The notes under the pieces: generated by a model
Seen by the model: only the letters and a program-made list of their open reading frames with translations
Database searches by the model: none
Told to the model about the DNA's origin: nothing
Origin: Candidatus Rokubacteria bacterium CSP1-6
Lineage (GTDB): Bacteria; Methylomirabilota; Methylomirabilia; Rokubacteriales; CSP1-6
Reading direction: 5' to 3'
NCBI GenBank assembly: GCA_001443385.1
Contig: LDXP01000005.1
Span: 2,146 to 66,145, forward strand
DNA: 64,000 nt
Position numbers and translations under genes: made by a program
Part shown: positions 16,827 through 25,366 of the stretch, piece after piece
Position numbering within the stretch: the first letter of the stretch is position 1
Layout: each line of letters begins with the position of its first letter

Positions 16827-17327
16827 CTAGGAGGTGTCGCAGGGAGGGGTCCGCTCGGCCAGCGCCTTGAGCCGCCGGGGGGTCAGCTCCGTCTTGAGCG
16901 CCCAGGACGGATCGGCGTGCTCGTCCTTCTTCTTCATGAGGAGCCACTCCTTCCCCGTCTTCCCGGCGGCGAAGCGGGCCAACGCGAAGCCGCCCTTGAG
17001 CTTCTTCCCGTGGAGGACGAAGGCGAGCTTCCCGGCCTTGACCCCGGCCTCGGGCGAGCCTCCCTCGGGCATTTCATAGGTCCCGTGGTCCCAGACCACC
17101 ACCGGCCCCGCGCCGTACTGCCCCGCTGGGATGATCCCCTCGAAGTCGATGTACTCGACGGGGTGGTCGGGGACCATCACGGCCAAGCGCTTATCGGCGG
17201 AATTCATGGACGGCCCCTTCGGAACGGCCCACGACGTGAGGACGCCTCCGATTTCGAGGCGGAAGTCGTAGTGGAGCCGCGTGGCCTGATGCTCGTGGAC
17301 GACGAACCGTTGGGCGCGCTTCGGCAT
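16827..17327 (-). CDS. Stand-alone DNA ligase D 3'-phosphoesterase (PE) domain protein
   Basis: 'RFVVHEHQATRLHYDFRLEIGGVLTSWAVPKGPS … DHPVEYIDFEGIIPAGQYGAGPVVVWDHGTY' matches the LigD PE domain signature as I know it. Confidence 0.85.
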   Translation of the reverse strand: MPKRAQRFVVHEHQATRLHYDFRLEIGGVLTSWAVPKGPSMNSADKRLAVMVPDHPVEYIDFEGIIPAGQYGAGPVVVWDHGTYEMPEGGSPEAGVKAGKLAFVLHGKKLKGGFALARFAAGKTGKEWLLMKKKDEHADPSWALKTELTPRRLKALAERTPPCDTS

Positions 17328-17333
17328 GAGTTC

Positions 17334-19715
17334 CTAGCTGCGTTGTAATTCCTTGAGCCGGCCGAGGTTGGCGGCCAGCGCCTCCTCGACCGCCCGGTTG
17401 AAGCTCGCCTCGGGGAACTGCCCGTCGGGCCCCCGCTCCCCCGCCTCCCGCCCCGAGAGGAGCGCGATCCCCTCGTCCACCGTCGAGACGGCGTGGATGT
17501 GGAAGCGCTCCTCGCGGATGGCCTGGACTACGTCCTCCCGGAGCATCAGGTGGCGGACGTTCGCCTCGGGGATCAGCACCCCCTGGCGGCCCGGGAGCCC
17601 CCGCGCGCGGCAGACGTCGAAGAAGCCCTCGATCTTCTCGTTGATCCCACCCACCGCCTGGATCTCGCCCCGCTGGTTGACCGACCCGGTGACGGCGAGG
17701 CCCTGGGCCAGGGCAATTCCGCTGAGGCTCGAGAGGAGCGCGTACAGCTCGGCCGAGGAGGCGCTGTCGCCCTCGATCTCCTCGTACTGCTGCTCGAAGG
17801 TGATGGATGCCGAGAGCGCGAGAGGGCGCTCGCGCGCGTAGCGCCCCGCCAGGAACCCCGTGAGGATCAGAACGCCCTTGGAGTGGACCGGGCCGCCGAG
17901 CTTCGCCTCGCGCTCGATGTCCAGGACGCCCGGCTCCCCCGCGAAGGTCCGCGCGGTAATCCGCGACGGCCGGCCGAAGGCGTGGTCGCCCGAGGCGAGG
18001 ACCGAGATGCCGTTGACCTGCCCCACGGCCTCGCCCTCCGTGGCGATGAGAAGTGTCCCCTCGGCGAACATCCGCCCGATCCGCTCCTCGATCAGGTTCG
18101 CCCGGTAGGTCTTCTGCTCGACGGCGTGGCTCACGTCCTCGCCCTGCACCAGCGGATGCCGGCGCTCTCCCGCCCAGAAGGCCGACTCCCGGATGAGGTC
18201 GAGCAGCTCGCCCAGCCTAGAGGTCAGCCGGCCCTGGTGGGCGACCAGCCGCGAGCCGTGCTCGACGAGCTTGGCGACCCCGTCGGCGGAGAACGGGGGC
18301 AGCGCGTCTTCCCGGCACGCGCTGCCGATGAACCGGGCGTAGAGCAGCTCGAACTCCGGCGTCCGCGGGAGCGACTCGTCGAAGTCCACCTTGACCTTGA
18401 ACAGCTCGCGGAAGTCCTCGTCGAGCGTGTACAGCAGGTAGTAGAGCAGCGGGCTCCCGATGAGGACCACCTTGACGGAGAGGGGAATCGGCTCGGGCGC
18501 CAGGCTCACCGCGCTGATCAGCCGATACTCCTCCAGCGGCTCCTCGATCCGGATGGACCCGCTCTTCAGCGCCTTCTTGAGCGCCTCCCAGGCCATGAAG
18601 GTGCGGAGCACGTCCTTGGCCTCGAGGATCAGGTAGCCGCCGTTGGCCCGGTGGAGCGCCCCGGCCTTGATGAGGGTGAAGTCCGTCACGAGGGTGCCGA
18701 AGTGCACCCGGTGCTCGATCCGCCCGAGCAGGTTGCCGTGGGTCGGGTTCTGCTCCAGCGCCACGGGGGCGCCGCGCTCGCCGCTCCGGTCCACGAGGAC
18801 GTTCACCCGGTAGGCCTCCAGGAACGCGCCGGGCGGGGGCAGGAACGGCAGCCCGCCCTTGCCGTCCTCGAGCCGCCTGAACTCCTCCGCGTGCGCGATC
18901 AGGTCCTCCTCGACCTGGTCCAGGTACCGGCCGACCGGTACCTGCCCCGCGAACCGCTCGCGAAGCTCGCGGATGAGCGGCCGGATCGCCGCCGCGGCCG
19001 CCTCGGCGAGGAGCTTCTCGTGGGCCAGGTGGGCCTCCCGCTCGAGCTGACGGATCTGGCGGAGGCTCGCTTCGAGCCGCTCCTCGAGGGCGCTCTCGCG
19101 GGCCTGGATCGCCTCCCGCGCGGCCTTCGGCAGCGCGGCGAACACTTCCGGGGTGAGCGGCTCGCCCTGCGGCGCTGGGGCGACCGCCATCCCCCTCGGA
19201 GTCCGGATGACCGCGAACCCGTCGGCGCGGGCCGCTTCCTCGAAGCGCTCCATCTCCGTCTGCTGTCGGCGGGCGATGTCCTCCATGATCTGGGCCTTGT
19301 GGCGCTCGAACTCCTCCCCCTCGAAGACCCGTGGCAGCCGCGCCCTCACGTCGTCGACGAGCCGCGCCATTTCCTCCCGGAGCTCGCGCCCCCGCCCCGC
19401 CGGAAGCTCGAGCGCCGTCGGTCGGTAGGGATCAGCGAAGTTGTGAACGTAGCAGTAATCCGGCGGGGTCGGCTCCTCCTGGGCGGTCCGGGTCAGGACG
19501 CGGCGCATCGTCGTCGTCTTCCCGGTGGCGGCGGGACCCAGGACGAACAGGTTGTACCCGGCCCGGCGCATGCCGATGCCGAAGCTGGTCGCGCTCACGG
19601 CACGGTCCTGGCCGATCATGCCGTCGAGGGGGGGAAGCTCTGCCGTGGACCTGAACGGCAGGGTGGGGGGCTCGCAGACGGCCCGCACCTCCTCGACCTT
19701 CAGTCGCCGAGCCAT
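17334..19715 (-). CDS. Lon-like (LonC-type) AAA+/S16 protease
   Basis: Start MARRLKVEE (the rest of the 1358-aa track ORF is out-of-frame ppsA shadow). Walker A GPAATGKTT, a long coiled-coil insertion, and a C-terminal Lon protease domain (…GDSASSAELYALLSSL…). Confidence 0.85.
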   Translation of the reverse strand: MARRLKVEEVRAVCEPPTLPFRSTAELPPLDGMIGQDRAVSATSFGIGMRRAGYNLFVLGPAATGKTTTMRRVLTRTAQEEPTPPDYCYVHNFADPYRPTALELPAGRGRELREEMARLVDDVRARLPRVFEGEEFERHKAQIMEDIARRQQTEMERFEEAARADGFAVIRTPRGMAVAPAPQGEPLTPEVFAALPKAAREAIQARESALEERLEASLRQIRQLEREAHLAHEKLLAEAAAAAIRPLIRELRERFAGQVPVGRYLDQVEEDLIAHAEEFRRLEDGKGGLPFLPPPGAFLEAYRVNVLVDRSGERGAPVALEQNPTHGNLLGRIEHRVHFGTLVTDFTLIKAGALHRANGGYLILEAKDVLRTFMAWEALKKALKSGSIRIEEPLEEYRLISAVSLAPEPIPLSVKVVLIGSPLLYYLLYTLDEDFRELFKVKVDFDESLPRTPEFELLYARFIGSACREDALPPFSADGVAKLVEHGSRLVAHQGRLTSRLGELLDLIRESAFWAGERRHPLVQGEDVSHAVEQKTYRANLIEERIGRMFAEGTLLIATEGEAVGQVNGISVLASGDHAFGRPSRITARTFAGEPGVLDIEREAKLGGPVHSKGVLILTGFLAGRYARERPLALSASITFEQQYEEIEGDSASSAELYALLSSLSGIALAQGLAVTGSVNQRGEIQAVGGINEKIEGFFDVCRARGLPGRQGVLIPEANVRHLMLREDVVQAIREERFHIHAVSTVDEGIALLSGREAGERGPDGQFPEASFNRAVEEALAANLGRLKELQRS

Positions 19716-22186
19716 AGTGCGTCCCTCGCCGTCGTTCGAGCGCCGGCTTCGCCGGCGCAACCCCCGGGGGGAGGCATCGGAAGGGGGGCAAAGCCCCCCT
19801 CCGAGGATCGCTCGGCGTCCAGGACGGTCTGGATCCCCTGCACCAGCGCGTCGGGGTTGAACGAGATGCTCGTGATGCCGCGGCGGACCAGGAAGCGGGT
19901 GAACTCCGGATAGTCGCTGGGCGCCTGGCCGCAGATGCCGATCTTCCGCCCCGCCCGGCGGGCGGCGTCGATCACGGCCCCGACCATCGCGAGGACCGCG
20001 GGGTTCCGCTCGTCGAAGAGGGGCGCCACGAGCTCGGAGTCCCGGTCGAGCCCCAGCACGAGCTGGGTAAGGTCGTTGGAGCCGATGGAAAAGCCGTCGA
20101 AGATTTCCGCGAACTCTCGCGCCAGGATCACGTTGGACGGGACCTCGCACATGACGTACACCTCGAGCCCCCGCTCGCCGCGGACGAGGCCGTGGGCCGC
20201 CAGCAGCTCCAGCACCCGCTGTCCCTCCTCGGGCGTCCGGCAGAACGGGATCATGAGCTTGACGTTGGTGAGCCCCATCGCGTCGCGTACCCGGCGCATG
20301 GCCCGGCACTCGAGGGCGAATCCCTCCCGGTACCGCGGATGGCAGTAGCGGAAGGCCCCGCGGAAGCCGAGCATCGGGTTCTCCTCTTCGGGCTCGAAGT
20401 CCCGCCCCCCGATGAGTCCCGCGTACTCGTTGGACTTGAAGTCGGAGAGCCGCACGATGACGTCCTTCGGGTAGAAGGCCGCGGCGATCATGGCGACCCC
20501 CTCGGCCAGCCGGTCCACGAAGTATAGGGCGCGATCGGCGTAGCCCCGCGTGAGCGCGGCGATCGCGGCCCGCGCCTCGGGATCCTTGACGCCCTCCGGG
20601 TGGAGCAGCGCCAGCGGGTGGACCTTGACCGCGCTCGCGATGATGAACTCGATCCGCGCCAGCCCCACCCCATCGTTGGGCAGGGCCGCCGCGCGCAGCG
20701 CCTCGCCGGGATTCCCCACGTTGAGCATGATGGCGGTGGACGGCTTGGGGAGGGCCGCCAGGTCCACCTGCCGGCGGTCGAACGGAACGACGCCCCGATA
20801 GACGAACCCCGTTTCCCCCTCGCAGCAGGACACCGTCACCGTCTCCCCCTCGGGGATGGCCTGGCTGCCGCGCTCGGTGCCCACCACGCACGGCACGCCG
20901 AGCTCCCGGCTTACTATCGCGGCGTGACACGTTCGGCCCCCCCGGTCGGTGACGATGGCGGCCGCGCGCTTCATGATCGGCTCCCAGTCCGGGTCTGTCA
21001 TCGGGGTGACGAGCACCTCGCCCGGCTGAAACCGATCCAGGAACCTGGGGTCGAGGAGGCGCCGGACCCGCCCGACGCCGATCTTCTGGCCGATCGCCTG
21101 GCCCGCGGCCAGCCGCTCGCGAGGGGTCGTCTCCTGGATCGTGAAAACCTCGAGGACCGACGGTCGCTCCGCACGATGAACCGTCTCGGGACGCGCCTGC
21201 AGGATGTACAGGCGCCCATCCTCGCCGTCCTTCGCCCACTCGATGTCCATGGGCGTCGGCCGGCCGTACTTCGCGGAGTAGTGGACCTCGATCGCGACTC
21301 CATAGCGCGCCAGCTCCAGGGCCTCGTCGTCGGTGAGGCTCAGCCTGGCGCGCTCCTCGGGAGGGACCTCTACCCGCCGCGAGCCGCCGCCGCCGGCCAC
21401 CAGCTTCCAATCCTTCCGGCCGAGGGTCCGCCTGAGAATCGCCTGATACCCCGCCCGGAGAGTCGGCTTGAAGATCCAGAACTCGTCCGGGGTGATCTGC
21501 CCGCTCACGACCGCCTCGCCGAGCCCGTACGCCGAGTTGATGAGCACGACGTCGCGGAAGCCGCTCTCCGGATCCAGCGTGAACATGACCCCCGCCGCGC
21601 CGCGGTCGGCCCTCACCATCTTCTGGACGCCCACCGAAAGGCGGACGGCCATGTGATCGAACCCCTGGTGGATCCGGTAGGCGATGGCCCGGTCGGTGAA
21701 GAGCGAGGCGAAGCAGCGGCGGCAGGCCGCCAGGAGCGCCTGGTCTCCCCGCACGCCGAGGTAGGTCTCGTGCTGGCCGGCGAAGCTCGCCTCGGGGAGA
21801 TCCTCAGCGGTGGCGCTCGACCGGACGGCGACGGCGAGCCCGGCGCCGTACTCCCGGCACAGCGTCCGGTAGGCCGCGATCACATCGTCCTCGAGACCGG
21901 GCGGCGGCGGCGCCTCGACGATGAGCCGCCGGAGGGCCCTCCCCGCCTCGGCCAGCGCCTGGAGATCCTCTCCGGTGACCCCCTTCAGAATGCGCGCCAT
22001 CGCGTCGTGGAGGCCGTTCCCGTCGAGGAGCGCCGTGTACGCCTCCGCCGTGATCGCGAAGCCGTTGGGCACCCGCACCCCGGCCCCCGTCAGCTCGCTG
22101 TAGAGCTCCCCCAGCGAGGCGTTCTTCCCGCCGACCAGCGGCACGTCGGCCAGCCGAATCTCCCGGAACCAGCGGATGTAGTTCAT
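19700..22186 (-). CDS. ppsA: Phosphoenolpyruvate synthase
   Basis: MNYIRWF…VPLVGGKNASLGE, the phosphohistidine region GGRTCHAAIVSRELGVPCVVG, and a PEP-utilising C-terminal domain. SD AGGTGA before the ATG at 22186. Confidence 0.93.
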   Translation of the reverse strand: MNYIRWFREIRLADVPLVGGKNASLGELYSELTGAGVRVPNGFAITAEAYTALLDGNGLHDAMARILKGVTGEDLQALAEAGRALRRLIVEAPPPPGLEDDVIAAYRTLCREYGAGLAVAVRSSATAEDLPEASFAGQHETYLGVRGDQALLAACRRCFASLFTDRAIAYRIHQGFDHMAVRLSVGVQKMVRADRGAAGVMFTLDPESGFRDVVLINSAYGLGEAVVSGQITPDEFWIFKPTLRAGYQAILRRTLGRKDWKLVAGGGGSRRVEVPPEERARLSLTDDEALELARYGVAIEVHYSAKYGRPTPMDIEWAKDGEDGRLYILQARPETVHRAERPSVLEVFTIQETTPRERLAAGQAIGQKIGVGRVRRLLDPRFLDRFQPGEVLVTPMTDPDWEPIMKRAAAIVTDRGGRTCHAAIVSRELGVPCVVGTERGSQAIPEGETVTVSCCEGETGFVYRGVVPFDRRQVDLAALPKPSTAIMLNVGNPGEALRAAALPNDGVGLARIEFIIASAVKVHPLALLHPEGVKDPEARAAIAALTRGYADRALYFVDRLAEGVAMIAAAFYPKDVIVRLSDFKSNEYAGLIGGRDFEPEEENPMLGFRGAFRYCHPRYREGFALECRAMRRVRDAMGLTNVKLMIPFCRTPEEGQRVLELLAAHGLVRGERGLEVYVMCEVPSNVILAREFAEIFDGFSIGSNDLTQLVLGLDRDSELVAPLFDERNPAVLAMVGAVIDAARRAGRKIGICGQAPSDYPEFTRFLVRRGITSISFNPDALVQGIQTVLDAERSSEGGFAPLPMPPPGGCAGEAGARTTARDALWLGD

Positions 22187-22321
22187 ATCTTCACCTGGGG
22201 CGGGCACCCGGGCTGTCGCCACGCCCGCCCCCGCCGGAATCTCGCGATGCTTCAGACCCGGTGCCCGATCTCCGCTCTCGCTGGCGCGCCCCGGCCATCA
22301 CGTTCCCCTAGCTTCTTCCGT

Positions 22322-23368
22322 TTAGTTCCATACGCCTGGGATGGCGGCGTGGCAGACCGGACAGCGGCCGGCCGCCAGGCAGTTGTCGAGGACCCGGAAC
22401 CCCCGGCGCTCCAGGAGCCGCCGGCCGCACTCCGGGCATGCCGTGTTCTCCCACGGGTCGCCGGGGACGTTCCCGGTATAGACGTAGCGGAGCCCCGCCT
22501 TCCGCCCGATCACGGCCGCCCGGTGCAGCGTCTGCGGCGGAGTCGGCGGGACGTCGGTCAGCCGGTAGGTCGGGAAGAACGCGGAGACGTGCCACGGCAT
22601 GTCGCGGTCCACCGAGGCGAGCCATCCCGCGAGGGCCGCCAGCTCCTCGTCCCCGTCGTTCAGGCCGGGGATCACGAGCGTCGTCACCTCGACCCAGATG
22701 CCGAGCTCCCGCATGGCGCGGATGGTCTCGAGCACCGGGGCGAGCGTCGCGCCGCAGACCTTCCGGTAGTAGCGGTCGGAGAAGCTCTTGAGATCCACGT
22801 TGGCGCCGTGGAGGATGGGCGCGACGAGGGCGAGCGCCTCCCGGGTCATGTAGCCGTTTGTGACGAAGAGGTTCCGGATCCCCGCCGCGGCGGCGAGGCG
22901 GCTCGTCTCGAGCGCCAGCTCGAAGAAGATGGTGGGCTCGGTGTAGGTGTACGCGATCGAGCGGCAGCCCGTGGCGCGCGCCGCCGCCACGATCTCCTCC
23001 GGGGCGATCGCGTCCCCCGGAAACGGGCCGGGGCGCTCGCGCGGCCACTGGGAGATGACGTAATTCTGGCAGAAGAGGCAGTGGAAATTGCAACCGACCG
23101 TCGCGATGGAGTAGGCGAGGGTGCCGGGCAGGAAGTGGAAGAACGGCTTCTTCTCGATGGGGTCGACCTCAACGCTGATCACGCGATCCGCGACCAGCGT
23201 GACCAGTGTCCCCTCGAGGTTCTCCCGCACCCCGCAGATCCCGCGGAGCCCCGGACGGATCCGGCAGCGGTGGGCGCAGAGGTTGCACACCACGCTGCCG
23301 TCCGGCCGCCGCTCCCAGAGAAGCGCCTCGAACGCGGTGGCCAGGGGAGCGGTGGCGGTCGGGGGCAC
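22322..23368 (-). CDS. AmmeMemoRadiSam-system-type radical SAM enzyme (PflA-like activase family)
   Basis: N-terminal CNLCAHRCRIRPGLRGICGVRE, radical SAM cluster GCNFHCLFCQN, and a C-terminal CPECG…CPVCH. Confidence 0.8.
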   Translation of the reverse strand: MPPTATAPLATAFEALLWERRPDGSVVCNLCAHRCRIRPGLRGICGVRENLEGTLVTLVADRVISVEVDPIEKKPFFHFLPGTLAYSIATVGCNFHCLFCQNYVISQWPRERPGPFPGDAIAPEEIVAAARATGCRSIAYTYTEPTIFFELALETSRLAAAAGIRNLFVTNGYMTREALALVAPILHGANVDLKSFSDRYYRKVCGATLAPVLETIRAMRELGIWVEVTTLVIPGLNDGDEELAALAGWLASVDRDMPWHVSAFFPTYRLTDVPPTPPQTLHRAAVIGRKAGLRYVYTGNVPGDPWENTACPECGRRLLERRGFRVLDNCLAAGRCPVCHAAIPGVWN

Positions 23369-23389
23369 CGGTCGGTCTCCTCGGGGGGG

Positions 23390-24520
23390 TCAGAGCGGAT
23401 AGCGCAGGAGCGCCGCCACGCCGCCCACGCGCGCCAGCGCCTGATGGATCTCGACTGTCTCCACCTTGCCGCCCGCGGCGATGACCCGATCCACGATCGC
23501 CCCCCCCAGCTCCGCCGCCTCGGTGGGCTTGCCGCACAGGCGGCAGCTGGCGGCGTCGCCGCTCTGGAGCGCCCCGCACTCGACGCAGAGACGGCCGGGC
23601 TGACTGAACCTCCCCAGCAGGTAGAGGCGCTGCACCGCGCCGCGGGCGACGGCCTCGAGCGTCTCTTCGAGCCCCGCGACGGCCCGCCCCCCTTTCGCCG
23701 CCTCGGTGAGGACCGCCTCCACCGCGTCCGCCCCTTCTCCGCCCCGGAGGTGCGCCAGAAACTCGGCGGCGCGCCCGACCAGGACCGCCGCCGACTCGTG
23801 GCGCGCGCCGGCGATGCTGCCGACAACCCGCTCGGCGATTCGGTTGGGCAGCCGCTTCTGGAAGACCGCGATCGTCCTCGGCTCCCCCGCCATGAGGATT
23901 CGCCGCACCCCGTTCCCCTCGGTCAGGCCGATGAGCGCCTCCACCACCGCCTCGAAGTGGCGCCCCCGATGATCCTGGATGTGGCGCTGGTAGCGGGACT
24001 GGGCCAGCTGCGCCCAGCCGCCCCGGCGGTGATGGCCGGGAACCTCACTCTCCAGGGCCACCTCCTCCCCCACGCCCTCGGTCGTCAACGGCACGAGGCG
24101 GGCGCTCTCGCCGTCGACGAAGACCACCAGCGCCGACGGGGTCTTCTCCAGCAACGCCGCCAGGGGGGAGAGGTGCGGCGCGTCGGCCACGACGAAGGCG
24201 CTCTCGAACGGAACCCGGACCGGGATGATGTCCCGAAGGCCCAGCGCCCGACAGGCGAAGAGCGCGACGCCGTGGGCCTCGGGGAACCGCGACTGCGTGA
24301 TGAGCGCGTCGCCTTCGGCCTGGATCCAGTCCAGGTCGGCCTCCATCCCCTCAGCGGTTGAGGCCTTGCGCGCCTTTCGGATCTCGTTCTTGAGGAAGAC
24401 CCGGACCCGGTCGCGCTGATGCTCGTCCCCCCAGCGGGTGTTCAGGTACACGCTCACCACGGGGGTCTCGCGCGTCCCCCGCAGCTTGGCCAGCTCTGTC
24501 AACCGCGCGCTGACGTCCAT
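23390..24520 (-). CDS. Bacterial eRF1/Pelota-like (aeRF1-superfamily) protein with a C-terminal zinc ribbon; GGQ not conserved
   Basis: Three-domain eRF1-like layout. The loop 'HHRRGGWAQLAQSRYQRH' sits where aRF1 has 'GRGGQSAxRFxR'. CVECG…CRLCG ribbon and an eRF1 domain-3-like end '…VAALLRYPL'. Confidence 0.65.
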   Translation of the reverse strand: MDVSARLTELAKLRGTRETPVVSVYLNTRWGDEHQRDRVRVFLKNEIRKARKASTAEGMEADLDWIQAEGDALITQSRFPEAHGVALFACRALGLRDIIPVRVPFESAFVVADAPHLSPLAALLEKTPSALVVFVDGESARLVPLTTEGVGEEVALESEVPGHHRRGGWAQLAQSRYQRHIQDHRGRHFEAVVEALIGLTEGNGVRRILMAGEPRTIAVFQKRLPNRIAERVVGSIAGARHESAAVLVGRAAEFLAHLRGGEGADAVEAVLTEAAKGGRAVAGLEETLEAVARGAVQRLYLLGRFSQPGRLCVECGALQSGDAASCRLCGKPTEAAELGGAIVDRVIAAGGKVETVEIHQALARVGGVAALLRYPL

Positions 24521-24527
24521 GGCTCCC

Positions 24528-24725
24528 TCAGGCGAAGAACGCCTCGATCTCTGCCCGGAGCTTGGTCTCGGCCTCGAAGGGATCCGAGGCCTTGACCTCG
24601 AAGAGCATCCCCTTTTCGTGGCTGAAGCCTTCCATCACCACGCCGACGGCAACCCAGCCGAACGGCTCCACCTTTTCGAGCTCGATGTCCACAAGCCGCC
24701 CCCTGATCCGATCCATCGTCAGCAT
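24528..24725 (-). CDS. Small hypothetical protein (65 aa)
   Basis: GC3-rich codon usage. The stop lies 7 nt before the next start in a tightly packed string. No recognisable family. Confidence 0.5.
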   Translation of the reverse strand: MLTMDRIRGRLVDIELEKVEPFGWVAVGVVMEGFSHEKGMLFEVKASDPFEAETKLRAEIEAFFA

Positions 24726-24734
24726 CGCTGTCTC

Positions 24735-24899
24735 CTAACTTTTCCTCGCGGTTCGCGCGACGAACGTCTGCATGACCGCCTCGACGTCCTCGCTCCCGCA
24801 ACCGGAACACTGGATCTTGGCCGTCGCGCGCTCGCTGATCCGCAGCAGCAGGGTGAAGACCTTCTTGCACTTCCGGCACTCGAACTCGTACTGCGGCAT
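24735..24899 (-). CDS. FmdB-family zinc-ribbon protein
   Basis: MPQYEFECRKCKKVF…CSGCGS, the classic FmdB/CxxC-x-CxxC N-terminus. The longer track ORF extension is Arg/Gly-rich and not credible. Confidence 0.8.
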   Translation of the reverse strand: MPQYEFECRKCKKVFTLLLRISERATAKIQCSGCGSEDVEAVMQTFVARTARKS

Positions 24900-24913
24900 T
24901 TGGGGGGGGCCCC

Positions 24914-25363
24914 TCAGACGGATCCCCAGAGGCCGGGGTGATACAGCACGACCGGCAGCCGGGACTTCCGGAAGACCTGCTCGGCCACGCTCCCGAGCAC
25001 CGTGCGGCCGACCCCGCTCCGTCCCGCCGTCGCCACCGCGATGACGTCGGCGCCGAAGGCCTCGGACTCCAGGAGGATCTCCTGCACCGGGTCCCCGAAC
25101 CTCACGACGCACTCCACCGGGATCCCTTCGAGCTGGACCTCGACGGCCCGCAGGTAATCCATCCCCTCCGCCTCCAGGCGCTCCATCTCCTGGTCCAGAT
25201 AGGCGATGACCTGCCCCGTCTCGCTCACGAGGGCCTGCGGCAGCGGGGCCACGTGGAGCAGGCGCACGGTCGCCCCCGCCCCGCGGGCGGCATCCGCCAC
25301 CACCGGCACGATCGACTCCGCCAGCGGTGAGACATCCAGCGGCACCAGAATTCGCTTCGCCAT
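24914..25363 (-). CDS. Universal stress protein (UspA family)
   Basis: ILVPLDVSPLAE … GADVIAVATAGRSGVGRTVLGSVAEQV. Confidence 0.88.
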   Translation of the reverse strand: MAKRILVPLDVSPLAESIVPVVADAARGAGATVRLLHVAPLPQALVSETGQVIAYLDQEMERLEAEGMDYLRAVEVQLEGIPVECVVRFGDPVQEILLESEAFGADVIAVATAGRSGVGRTVLGSVAEQVFRKSRLPVVLYHPGLWGSV

Positions 25364-25366
25364 GGT

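Noticed and set aside
17334-19715. The Lon-like protease as part of a BREX-type (BrxL) or other defence system
   Set aside because: No methyltransferase, PglZ, BrxC or other defence genes are nearby. The architecture (Walker A + long coiled-coil insert + S16 domain) fits LonC-type housekeeping or stress proteases.
17334-21410. A single 1358-aa ORF in the track that suggests a giant protein
   Set aside because: Only the C-terminal 793 aa (from MARRLKVEE at 19715) look like a real Lon-like protein. The N-terminal ~565 aa are Arg/Gly/Pro-rich and lie out of frame over the well-supported ppsA gene on the same strand.
20600-24361. Very long antisense or alternate-frame ORFs (for example 20600..24361 +, 41519..44530 +, 31520..34057 +, 385..2139 -, 2968..4392 -, 10888..12219 -)
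   Set aside because: They have the typical high-GC shadow-ORF composition (Arg/Gly/Pro/Ala/Asp-rich, no motifs). Each is fully overlapped by a gene with clear family signatures in another frame or on the other strand.
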